DNA of 64,000 bases from the NCBI GenBank assembly GCA_965205015.1, contig OZ242029.1:32001-96000 (forward strand), given 5' to 3'. Numbering within the stretch: the stretch's first letter is position 1; each line of letters starts with the position of its first letter. This DNA comes from Candidatus Poribacteria bacterium. GTDB taxonomy: Bacteria; Poribacteria; WGA-4E; WGA-3G. The notes under the pieces were generated by a model. That model ran no database searches. It saw nothing but the letters and a program-made list of their open reading frames with translations, and was not told where the DNA came from. The position numbers and the translations under genes are program-made. Below, one piece after another: positions 21,868-30,851 of this stretch.

Positions 21868-21961
21868 AACGGGAAAGTACTTCTGAACGACGAGGACATT
21901 CTCATCACCATCGCAAGGACATCGGTTTCAATCCCCTACGAACGGGAAAGCCCATGTGAAC
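21868..21961 (-). CRISPR. Orphan CRISPR mini-array: one full 37-bp repeat, one 36-bp spacer, one truncated divergent repeat
   Basis: Minus strand GTTCACATGGGCTTTCCCGTTCGTAGGGGATTGAAAC (21925-21961, canonical ATTGAAAC end); spacer 21889-21924; partial repeat GTTCAGAAGTACTTTCCCGTT (21868-21888). Confidence 0.7.
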
Positions 21962-22130
21962 AGCACTCTTCTTCAGCCCAGTCAGTACGCGGGGCGGTAC
22001 ACACAAAACCAAACGCGAACTGCGCGAGACATTTTTTTCTCAAAAATTTGCCACTAAAATCCCACAACCCCCTACAAACATTAACCCAAACGCGATTTTT
22101 CGGCAAAAGCACCTTGGAAGTAAGGGCACA
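21962..22130 (-). promoter_or_regulatory. Putative CRISPR leader
   Basis: Non-coding stretch rich in A/T tracts, directly 5' of the full repeat. Confidence 0.45.
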
Positions 22131-22345
22131 TCTGGATTCGTGGACAATTTAAGCAGCGTCTGCATCCGATTGGTGAATCGCGTTTGTGCTTGTGAAGCGC
22201 ATCTGACCCCTTCTCAATTTGATGAAATGAAACAACCCATCGCACGCATCATTTGAAAATAGATGTCAGACATGCTATCATGTCCACCAAACAACATAAA
22301 CAGGCTTCAAGCCGAAACTTTATCCTCAGAAGGTAAACCTTACGC

Positions 22346-22899
22346 ATGACCTACCGCGATACCTTAGAAAAAATACGGCTTGCTTTCCCGCAACCTATAT
22401 CTGACCCGATCCACGATTCCTACTTTGTACATTCCATCATGCGCGCCTTGGACCAGGTGGATGCCCTTAAAACACATCTACCGATGCTCGGCGGTATCGT
22501 TCCCGGGAACTTTGAGGCAGCACGACAAACAACGCTCCCAGACACGATGTCCTCGGTTGAGGATGTCACTGCTGACCTTGTCAGTTATCTGCAAGGGATG
22601 ACGATCTTCGGACACCCTCGAACCCAGCAAAACGTGATACCCCCGCCGACGATTCCAAGTCTGATTGGTGTGCTTATCGCTTCGCTCTACAACCCCAATA
22701 TCGCCTGGGATGAATATAGTCGTCTGGTGGTGTCGTCATCTCCACAACCGACTGTTACCGGCACACGACTTACGGCGAACCGATTGTCGCATTGAAATCG
22801 TATATCCTCTCCCCGTTCGTCGATGAAACCGACGTGGAGACTGTCGTTGCGAAGGTCTTAGAAGCGAGAGAAAAAGTTGGGTTAGTTCAAACCGTATAA
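22346..22899 (+). pseudogene. Group II PLP-dependent decarboxylase with a large internal deletion
   Basis: The N-terminal part (...GHPRTQQNVIPPPTIPSLIG...YNPNIAWDEYS) joins out of frame at ~22725 to a C-terminal part (GVVISTTDCYRHT...ALKSYILSPFVDE...*). The PLP-lysine region is absent. Confidence 0.7.
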
Positions 22900-22971
22900 A
22901 TTTGCCCTACTACGAACCGGAGTGTTTTCCCAGAAACGTGTATCCTCCAAATATTTACAAGGTATCAAATT

Positions 22972-23172
22972 ATGCCTGAATTCATCACTTCCCCAATATT
23001 TTTGATAATCGCAGCAATACTCGGCATATTTCTCCTAATCGCTATTATCAAAGGCGCGGTCCGTGTCTTCATCTGGATCGCTATTATTGCTGTGATCCTT
23101 ATCGGGCTCGGCATTACCACACAAGCCGAACTCCGCGGGTGGTTCGAGAATCTCCTCAAAAGTATACAGTGA
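22972..23172 (+). CDS. Small membrane protein (two TM helices)
   Basis: 66-aa strongly hydrophobic ORF. Confidence 0.7.
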   Translation: MPEFITSPIFLIIAAILGIFLLIAIIKGAVRVFIWIAIIAVILIGLGITTQAELRGWFENLLKSIQ

Positions 23173-23211
23173 CCGGCAGTGCGACTCAGCGTGTCGTTCT
23201 TCATCCATCTC

Positions 23212-23375
23212 TCAACCCACCTTGCGATCGGATCTGATGCGGTAGTGTCCGTATCCAAACGCGGTGTGATCCCCGATATGGAGATATTCACCGAGAGAAA
23301 TAAACGGCAGAAAAGGTCCCACCTCGCCTTCAAAACGGATAGTTCCGATGAACCCACTCATCGGAACCGATGCTT
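23212..23375 (-). pseudogene. cas6: cas6 C-terminal fragment
   Basis: MSGFIGTIRFEGEVGPFLPFISLGEYLHIGDHTAFGYGHYRI matches the Cas6 Gly-rich C-terminal loop. The 5' part is replaced by a heptamer repeat at ~23388-23426. Confidence 0.75.
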
Positions 23376-23563
23376 CCGCCATCCCCCCTTCTGGTAACGG
23401 ATAACCGACAACTGAAAACTGACAACGCATTGCTAATTCGCGCTTGTTTTTTTTCGATGTTTGGCGTATAATTAGGCTTAACTGAAAACCTTTATTCACT
23501 TCGTTATTTCAAGAGGACGCTGCAACAACTGGATCGCGCTGATACATCGGAGGCGAGCGGAAA

Positions 23564-26290
23564 ATGGAAACCCGACAGATCGAAAAACAACTCAATCGCT
23601 ATGTCCCAGACCTGGACGTGTCTTTTGACAATTTGCAAAAACAGTTAGCTGCTTTCATTCAAGCGGAGCGAGAACAATTGAAAGCCCGCATCTTGAAAGG
23701 AGAAAATGGGTTCGCAGCCTGCAAAATTCACACGGCGATGTGGGATGCAGTCATTCAGAAAGTCTATGAGGTAGCCTCTTTCCAGATTCGGGATGAATAC
23801 CAGAAGCAGATCGAGGTGCTGAAGCAACTTCCAGATATTGTCATCAACGACTTAGAAACAGAAATGGAGGGATGGCGGCCGGATGTCGCCCTCTATGGGG
23901 TCGGCAGTTACGGCAGAAATGAACTCTGCTATTTTTCGGATGTGGACGTTATTTATACGTCCTCTGTGGACTTAGAGGATATTTACGATGAGAGCACCCT
24001 CGAACTCATCCGATGGTTCTACGACTTTTTTGACAGTCTCCACTCAGTGATTCCAGGGTTTGAGTTCAGCTTTATCTATCGCCCCCTGACAGATGTAGCC
24101 CAATGGAACTATCAGGATATGACGGCGTTGATCGATATGCGGTTTATCGCTGGCGATACATCGTTGACGGAACGCTTCCGGAAAGAGGTCAACTCTGGGA
24201 AATCGGATATTTCGCTTGTGCTGGATCTACTGAAATCAAAAGCAGATGCTTTTGAAGCGTCTGAGGATACGATCTATCTCAATCAACCGAACGTGAAAAC
24301 CGGGCGCGGCGGACTACGTACCCTTCAGTATGCCCTCTGGATATGCGGACTTCCTGATTTTACCTCAATCTCTGAACTCTACGAACGCTACGATGAAGGA
24401 CAGCTCATCTCGTCCCTGGATTTCATGTTCAAGGTGCGGAACCTTCTGCATGTACTCGCCGACGCACCCCATGACGACCTCACCTATCACCCCGAAAAAG
24501 GGGATGCGCTTCAAGCACAGATCGCTCAGGTGCTCGGATTCGCAGATGAAACCGATGAAGGACGCTACGCGTTCATGGCAGAATATTATGCAATGGCAAA
24601 ATTTCTGCATTTCAAAGCAGAACTGCTGATCCGAAAGATGTTAGCCAACGGGATTCCTATCTCAGATGTCCTCGCGGTAAGAACAGACACGCTGTATTGC
24701 ATTGACAATAACTTCGGTGAACTCGATGCAAATGAGCTCTTTACGCTCTTCACTTACTTCCAACAGTACGATTTCGAAATCGATGCATCCCTTGCCACAT
24801 TTATATCTCGGTATGTCCATGCCTTCAACTGGCATTCTTTCCGGAACCGAATGGCAGAGTTGATAAATATGCCGGGGGATGTAGAGAAGACCCTCACACG
24901 TCTGCACAGACTCAATATCCTGTCGCATCTCGGAGAAGGCGGAGAACTCTTTGAAAGGGCGATGATGACACGGAGCGAACGAAGTCTTGACCCGTATACA
25001 GTCGGGAAACATACACTCGTTGCCATTGGGCATCTCGATGAAATTCGCCGAACGGAACCGAGCAGTCCCTTTGGGGGCGGTGGCGGTTTCGGTTCGCCGA
25101 TGGGACCGTCGCCAACCTCTGAATTGGAGGAACTCAACACGGCGTTCCGCTCACTCTCAGATTCGGCACCCCTCTATATGGCACTCTTCCTGCACGATAT
25201 AGACAAACCCGATCCAACCCACCCAGCGACGGGTGCTGAAAAAGCGGAACGCATCGCCCCCGAATTTGGATTCAACGCACAGCAAACGGATGACATTTGC
25301 TTCCTCATTCGGGAACACCTGACAATGATAGAGTTGGCACGCTATCATCACTGGGATGAAAGTACGATCTCCGAATTCTGTAAGAAAGTCAACGCATTAG
25401 AGCGGTTGACGGCTCTGTATCTGCTCACGTATTGCGACTCCAAAGCGAACGGTTCACAGAACTTCAGCCACGTCGTTAAACACAATCTGAAGAGTTTGTA
25501 CGAGGTTGCTCGGACCCGCTTTGTTGGGCAGGAGGAAACGCAGTGGGGTGCCTTCGCACCTGTTGAAGAGTTCCAGCAATTCCTTCACCACATGCCGGTT
25601 TCCTATCGTATTAGTGTTTCTCCTGAAGAGATAGCCATGCACATCAAGATGACCTCACAGGTGTCCGAAGCCGCATCTACAGAAACAGGATCAACACCAA
25701 GCACCGGAATCATCCAATTTGTGGATCGACCCGGGTTTACTGAATTACACCTCTGTAGTCCGAGCCGCATCGGAAAGTTACACACGGTGAGCGGTCTCTT
25801 TTTTGCGAACGGTATAGATGTCCGAGACGCGCGCGTTTATACGAAACAGGATACCAACATCGAATTGGAAATCTATCGGCTTGTTCATCAGCCACCGCAT
25901 CATCGCGGGGAACCGATGCCCCTTGATGAGGAACTCAAACGGGACCTCGATTTTGACATCCGCGGACTTCTCGCAGAAGAGGTGACACTTGAACAGATTT
26001 TTGAGAGACGTTATGTCAATCTCACCGAAACTTGGCAAGTTGACGATGTGAGCGTTGAAACGGCACGTAACTATTCAGAAATTGTCGTCGTCGGTGAAGA
26101 AAAAGTCGGATTTCTTCACTATTTCAGCGGTATCTTAGCACAACTCGGATTGAACGTTGAGATGTGTAAATGCTCAGGATTAGGTGGACAGGCGATTGAT
26201 CGGTTCTACGTTCAACCCGTAGCGGATCCGAAAGCCGTGCACGCCGATATTATGGCGGCACTGGAATCTGAAAATGGAGCGGCATCTTGA
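23564..26290 (+). CDS. glnD: PII uridylyltransferase/uridylyl-removing enzyme
   Basis: GSYGRNEL..SDVD NTase, PNVKTGRGGLR, YTVGKH / LFLHDIDK HD domain, C-terminal ACT domains. Confidence 0.9.
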   Translation: METRQIEKQLNRYVPDLDVSFDNLQKQLAAFIQAEREQLKARILKGENGFAACKIHTAMWDAVIQKVYEVASFQIRDEYQKQIEVLKQLPDIVINDLETEMEGWRPDVALYGVGSYGRNELCYFSDVDVIYTSSVDLEDIYDESTLELIRWFYDFFDSLHSVIPGFEFSFIYRPLTDVAQWNYQDMTALIDMRFIAGDTSLTERFRKEVNSGKSDISLVLDLLKSKADAFEASEDTIYLNQPNVKTGRGGLRTLQYALWICGLPDFTSISELYERYDEGQLISSLDFMFKVRNLLHVLADAPHDDLTYHPEKGDALQAQIAQVLGFADETDEGRYAFMAEYYAMAKFLHFKAELLIRKMLANGIPISDVLAVRTDTLYCIDNNFGELDANELFTLFTYFQQYDFEIDASLATFISRYVHAFNWHSFRNRMAELINMPGDVEKTLTRLHRLNILSHLGEGGELFERAMMTRSERSLDPYTVGKHTLVAIGHLDEIRRTEPSSPFGGGGGFGSPMGPSPTSELEELNTAFRSLSDSAPLYMALFLHDIDKPDPTHPATGAEKAERIAPEFGFNAQQTDDICFLIREHLTMIELARYHHWDESTISEFCKKVNALERLTALYLLTYCDSKANGSQNFSHVVKHNLKSLYEVARTRFVGQEETQWGAFAPVEEFQQFLHHMPVSYRISVSPEEIAMHIKMTSQVSEAASTETGSTPSTGIIQFVDRPGFTELHLCSPSRIGKLHTVSGLFFANGIDVRDARVYTKQDTNIELEIYRLVHQPPHHRGEPMPLDEELKRDLDFDIRGLLAEEVTLEQIFERRYVNLTETWQVDDVSVETARNYSEIVVVGEEKVGFLHYFSGILAQLGLNVEMCKCSGLGGQAIDRFYVQPVADPKAVHADIMAALESENGAAS

Positions 26291-26449
26291 TGGAAAACTC
26301 TTATTCATGCTGATCTTTTTTCTCTATAGAACAAAACGCGTAGCTCGTAACGAAATGGAGAGCGGATATAAGAAAGACATGTCAAAGTTCTGGGGGAAAC
26401 ACCCAAGCAAAAACACCCACACAGTTTAACCGCAAGGAATCATTAAAAA

Positions 26450-27208
26450 ATGAAAAAACGGGTACTTATTACGGGCGCCGCTGGCACAGTCGGCAGCGCG
26501 CTCTGGCAAGCATGGGAAAAACAGGACGCTTACACATTGACGTTGATGGATATTAATCCGATCATCGGTGCAAACTCGCGCGTCGCGCAAGCAGATATCC
26601 GGGACTACGCGGCGATGCAAGAATTGTGCCGCGATCAAGATGTATTGGTGCATCTGGCGTATGTCCGACAAGATTCGCTCGGAAAGGTGCCCGGTGAAGT
26701 CAGCGACATCGGTGCGTCAATGACGCTGTTTGAAGCCGCACGAGAAGGCGGCATTCAGAAGATTATATACGCCAGCACAAATCACGTTTCAGGATGGAAC
26801 GAGCGATTGAATTCGCCGCCTCGGTTCTCAACAGGCGATCAGTTTCGTCCCGATGGTTGGTACGGCGCGATGAAGGGTATGGCAGAGATCGCAGGTCGAT
26901 ATCTCGTTGACGCACACGATATGCGGTTCATCAGCATCCGTATCGGAAGTTTCAACGGCACGTACGAACCGAGTGGGATACGGCACTGTAGCACGTTGCT
27001 GACCCCACGAGACTGTGTGCAACTCTTCGGGCTGGCTGTCGACTACGCGGGACCCGTCAAATATCTGATCACGTACGGACGTTCGGCAAATTCTGATGGG
27101 TATCAGCAGAGCTATCTCGATATAAGCGGGGCGGTTGAGGTACTGGGGTATCAACCGCAAGACAATCTGGTGAAAACGCATCTCCATAAATTTTTGGAGG
27201 AACTGTAA
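26450..27208 (+). CDS. NAD-dependent epimerase/dehydrogenase (uronate dehydrogenase-like)
   Basis: ITGAAGTVG, YASTNH, YGAMK, IRIGS. Confidence 0.88.
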   Translation: MKKRVLITGAAGTVGSALWQAWEKQDAYTLTLMDINPIIGANSRVAQADIRDYAAMQELCRDQDVLVHLAYVRQDSLGKVPGEVSDIGASMTLFEAAREGGIQKIIYASTNHVSGWNERLNSPPRFSTGDQFRPDGWYGAMKGMAEIAGRYLVDAHDMRFISIRIGSFNGTYEPSGIRHCSTLLTPRDCVQLFGLAVDYAGPVKYLITYGRSANSDGYQQSYLDISGAVEVLGYQPQDNLVKTHLHKFLEEL

Positions 27209-27225
27209 AACACGAAGCTACGCTT

Positions 27226-27355
27226 TCTCCGCAAGGTGAAATTAAAAATGAAGTTTCAAAAACGTTAGCACGTAATGAAATGGAGTGCGGATTTAAGGGA
27301 CCCACGTAAGAATCTAAATGCCCGTTATCTCTCCGCAAGGTAAAATTAAAAAATG
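27226..27355 (+). repeat. ~130-bp element with terminal direct repeats TCTCCGCAAGGT(G/A)AAATTAAAAA(A)TG
   Basis: Copies at 27226 and 27330; the second supplies the trmB ATG. Confidence 0.75.
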
Positions 27356-28057
27356 CGTGAAAATCCCGACTACAACGACCTTTACTACCAGAATACAACT
27401 GTCCACTCCCAAATCATCGACATCGTAACAGAACGCGTTGTGCCGTTAGGCGAATTTTCTGTGCCGATTGACTGGGAAGCGTTCTTCGGAAACTCGCAGC
27501 CCGTAGAAATAGAGATCGGATCCGGGAAAGGCCGCTTTCTGCTTGAAGCATCAAAACGGCACCCAGAGGTTAACTATATTGGCATTGAACGGGCACAAAA
27601 GTACGTCGCATTGACGCAGGAACGGTTTGAAAAGTACATGCGGCATTTCGGTGTCAATAGAACGTCAGGGACATTCGCAAACGTCCGTCTTGCATGGACG
27701 GATGCCAATTACTTCTTGACACGGTACGTGCCTACGGGATCTGTGCAAGCATATCACATCTATTTCCCAGACCCATGGCCCAAAAAGCGGCAGCGGAAAC
27801 GACGAATTTTTCGGAATCAAGACTTTCTGTCTGCCTTGGCATGCACACTCATTCCCAATAGCGGTAGACTCTATATTGCAACGGATTACGCGGAATACTT
27901 CCAAGAGATTCAGGAGCAGCTTTCCGGTCTATCCCTTCTGCATCCCGTTGCGGCGGATGTGAGTCCGGATCGGGATATCCCAACCAACTTTGAAATGAAA
28001 TACGTTTTGGAAGGTAGAGATATCTATCGGGCGGTTTACGAACGATTTTTGTCTTAG
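27353..28057 (+). CDS. trmB: tRNA (guanine-N7)-methyltransferase
   Basis: EIGSGKG, FPDPWPKKR, ATDYAEY, TNFEMKY. Confidence 0.95.
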   Translation: MRENPDYNDLYYQNTTVHSQIIDIVTERVVPLGEFSVPIDWEAFFGNSQPVEIEIGSGKGRFLLEASKRHPEVNYIGIERAQKYVALTQERFEKYMRHFGVNRTSGTFANVRLAWTDANYFLTRYVPTGSVQAYHIYFPDPWPKKRQRKRRIFRNQDFLSALACTLIPNSGRLYIATDYAEYFQEIQEQLSGLSLLHPVAADVSPDRDIPTNFEMKYVLEGRDIYRAVYERFLS

Positions 28058-28090
28058 CACGAAACGAAAAACGGAGAAATCCTGGAAACC

Positions 28091-28669
28091 ATGGAAACTG
28101 CTGCGGCACAAGCCCTCTTCACACCTGAAGAATATCTCGCAAGAGAACGGAAGGCACTCACCAAAAGCGAATACCGGGACGGACAGATACATGCAATGCC
28201 GGGGGCGAGTCGTGCCCATAACCTCATCACAGTCCATGTCACTGGTGAACTTTACATACAATTGAGAACACGGACATGTGAAGTATATCCAAGTGATATG
28301 CGGGTGAAGGTGAGTGCTGCGGGACTGTATACCTATCCAGACATTATTGTTGTGTGCGATGAACCGCGTTTTGAAGATTCGCATTTTGATACGCTCTTGA
28401 ACCCGACTGTGCTGATAGAGGTACTTTCTCCGTCAACCGCCGCCTATGATCGGGGCGAGAAGTTTAGACGTTATCAATACCTTGATTCGTTATGTGAATA
28501 TATCCCCATTTCACAAGACAGGGTTCGGGTTGAACACTATTTGCGACGGGAACAGGGGTGGAATTTGACAGAATTTCATTCCTTAGCAGATGTTTGTCAA
28601 CTCACTTCAATCGGGTGTGAGTTATCCTTACAGGCAATTTATGCGAAAGTCCAATTCTCTCGGGGATAG
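28091..28669 (+). CDS. Uma2 family endonuclease
   Basis: AMPGASRAH, YPDIIVVC, IEVLSPSTAAYDRGEK. Confidence 0.92.
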   Translation: METAAAQALFTPEEYLARERKALTKSEYRDGQIHAMPGASRAHNLITVHVTGELYIQLRTRTCEVYPSDMRVKVSAAGLYTYPDIIVVCDEPRFEDSHFDTLLNPTVLIEVLSPSTAAYDRGEKFRRYQYLDSLCEYIPISQDRVRVEHYLRREQGWNLTEFHSLADVCQLTSIGCELSLQAIYAKVQFSRG

Positions 28670-28715
28670 ACACAACTGCTAAAGCGAATCGCAAACCGAC
28701 ACAGGAACATACGAA

Positions 28716-30572
28716 ATGAAGACAGAACAACATGACACTGCTATCCCTGAATTGTGGCAGGCTCTCCCGAATGCCCCAGGGGTTTATCTGATGAAAGCCT
28801 CCGACGGCACTGTCATCTATGTCGGAAAAGCGGTTCGTCTAAGAACTCGCGTACGCTCCTATTTTCGTGAGAAATTTACATCCGCGTTGACCTCACAGAT
28901 GATGCGGTATGTTACCGAGGTGGACTACATTGTCACAGAGACCGAAGTAGAAGCACTGATTTTAGAAAACAATCTGATTAAGGCGCATCAACCGCGCTAC
29001 AATGTGAAACTCAAAGACGATAAACGCTACCCGTATCTACGCGTGACCGTCAACGAACCCTTTCCCCGTATCCACATCACGCGCAAAGCCGAGAACGATG
29101 GGACGCGATATTTCGGACCCTTTGTCCACGTGCGTTCAACCCGCCAGATACTCAAACAGTTGACGAAGTTGTTTCCTATCCGCACGTGTACCCTACCCCT
29201 CGCGGAAGTGGGGAATAGGTATCGGGTGTGCCTCGATTATCACATTGGACGCTGTCCGGGTCCTTGTGCAGATAAGATTGATGTCCCAAACTATGACGAG
29301 ATAGTTCGGAAAGTGTGTCAATTCTTAAGTGGCAACACAGATGCCGTCGTCAAAGAATTAACGGAGCAGATGCAAGCCGCCGCAGAAGCACTCGACTTTG
29401 AGATGGCCGCGAAGTATCGGGATACACTTAAAGACGTTCAACAGGCGATTACAACACAGAACATGGACAGTGTCTCCGCCGCGGATGAGGACGTCATCGG
29501 TATCGCTGCGAGGGCTGATATTGCGTGCGTGCAACTTTTACGGGTGCGCGATGGTAAACTCCTTGAACGTGAACATTACTATCTCAACGATGTGGATCCA
29601 GAATCGCTCGCTGCCGCCTTAAGTGCTTTTATTTCACAGTATTATCAAAACGCCGTTTTTGTGCCAAAAACAGTCGTCCTGCCGATGCCGATTGCGTCGA
29701 TGGAACTCATTGAAAATTGGCTCAGCGAGAAACAGGGGAACCGTGTCGGATTGCATGTTCCGAGGGCAGGGAGACTCCGGAAGTTGCAAATTCTGGCAAC
29801 GAAAAACGCTGAGATCCTTCTGACGCAGCGCGAACAGAACGTGGTAGGGGCTGGGTCACCCAGCCCGTACAGCGGCATGGAGCCAGCACTCGTTGAACTC
29901 CAGGAATTGCTCGGGTTAAAACATCCGCTCCGACGCATTGAGGCGTACGATATTTCCAATCTCGGCGACAGGTTTGCGGTCGGATCCATGGTGGTTTTGG
30001 AAGATGGAAAGCCGGCTTCAGGAGAATACCGGCGGTTCAAGATCCGCTCCGTTAAAGGACAGAACGATTTTGCGATGATGCAAGAGGTCATCACGCGTCG
30101 CTTCCACCGTGCGCTCGCAAACGATGAAAAATTTAATAGCCTGCCAGATTTGATGCTCATTGATGGGGGAAAGGGACAGTTGAGTGCAGCACAAGCCGCT
30201 ATGAAAACCTTCGCATCATCTCGGCTCCCTGATATCCCCTTAATTGCACTCGCAAAGCGAATTGAAGAAATCTTCGTTCCCGGTCAATCGGAACCGATTG
30301 TATTGCGAGAGGATAACCCGACCTTACACATGATCCAACGGTTACGGGATGAAGCGCACCGGTTCGCGGTTACGTACCACCGGCAACTCCGCCAGAAATC
30401 GCTGAGTGTATCGGTGCTTGACGAGATCCCGAACCTCGGTCCGAAGCGGAAACAGGCACTGCTCCAGCATTTCGGTTCAATTGAAGCGATCCGAGCAGCA
30501 AGTTTAGATGGGTTGCTCTCTGTGAAAGGGATTCCACGCAGCGTCGCTGAGCATATTCGGAAGCACCTTTGA
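28716..30572 (+). CDS. uvrC: Excinuclease ABC subunit C
   Basis: PGVY...YVGKA GIY-YIG, EAYDIS, IDGGKGQL, RDEAHRFA, C-terminal HhH. Confidence 0.97.
   Translation: MKTEQHDTAIPELWQALPNAPGVYLMKASDGTVIYVGKAVRLRTRVRSYFREKFTSALTSQMMRYVTEVDYIVTETEVEALILENNLIKAHQPRYNVKLKDDKRYPYLRVTVNEPFPRIHITRKAENDGTRYFGPFVHVRSTRQILKQLTKLFPIRTCTLPLAEVGNRYRVCLDYHIGRCPGPCADKIDVPNYDEIVRKVCQFLSGNTDAVVKELTEQMQAAAEALDFEMAAKYRDTLKDVQQAITTQNMDSVSAADEDVIGIAARADIACVQLLRVRDGKLLEREHYYLNDVDPESLAAALSAFISQYYQNAVFVPKTVVLPMPIASMELIENWLSEKQGNRVGLHVPRAGRLRKLQILATKNAEILLTQREQNVVGAGSPSPYSGMEPALVELQELLGLKHPLRRIEAYDISNLGDRFAVGSMVVLEDGKPASGEYRRFKIRSVKGQNDFAMMQEVITRRFHRALANDEKFNSLPDLMLIDGGKGQLSAAQAAMKTFASSRLPDIPLIALAKRIEEIFVPGQSEPIVLREDNPTLHMIQRLRDEAHRFAVTYHRQLRQKSLSVSVLDEIPNLGPKRKQALLQHFGSIEAIRAASLDGLLSVKGIPRSVAEHIRKHL
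29844..29870 (+). repeat. 27-bp GTAG-REP-like palindrome in frame within uvrC
   Basis: GTAGGGGCTGGG-TCA-CCCAGCCCGTAC, encoding VGAGSPSPY. Confidence 0.65.
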
Positions 30573-30718
30573 TCCACCGGTCCGCAGCGGTGTGCTGGGC
30601 TGCACGGATGTGGGCAATTTGTTCGACCAGATGCCCGAATTTGTGCAGTTTCAACGTTCGGATCAGCAGCCTACGGTGTTTTTATTTGGCATATTATTTG
30701 CAACATAAACGCTAAAGG

Positions 30719-30851
30719 CTTACCCGCAAGGAAAAATTAAAACATAAATCAGCCAAAAAACGCAGCCCATAACGAAGGGACGGGCGACTCAAACACAAAA
30801 AGCATCAAGTAACGGAAACGCTAACTTACCCGCAAGGAAAAATTAAAACAT
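30719..30851 (+). repeat. Element bounded by perfect 27-bp direct repeats CTTACCCGCAAGGAAAAATTAAAACAT
   Basis: Copies at 30719-30745 and 30825-30851; the second overlaps the next ATG. Confidence 0.85.
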
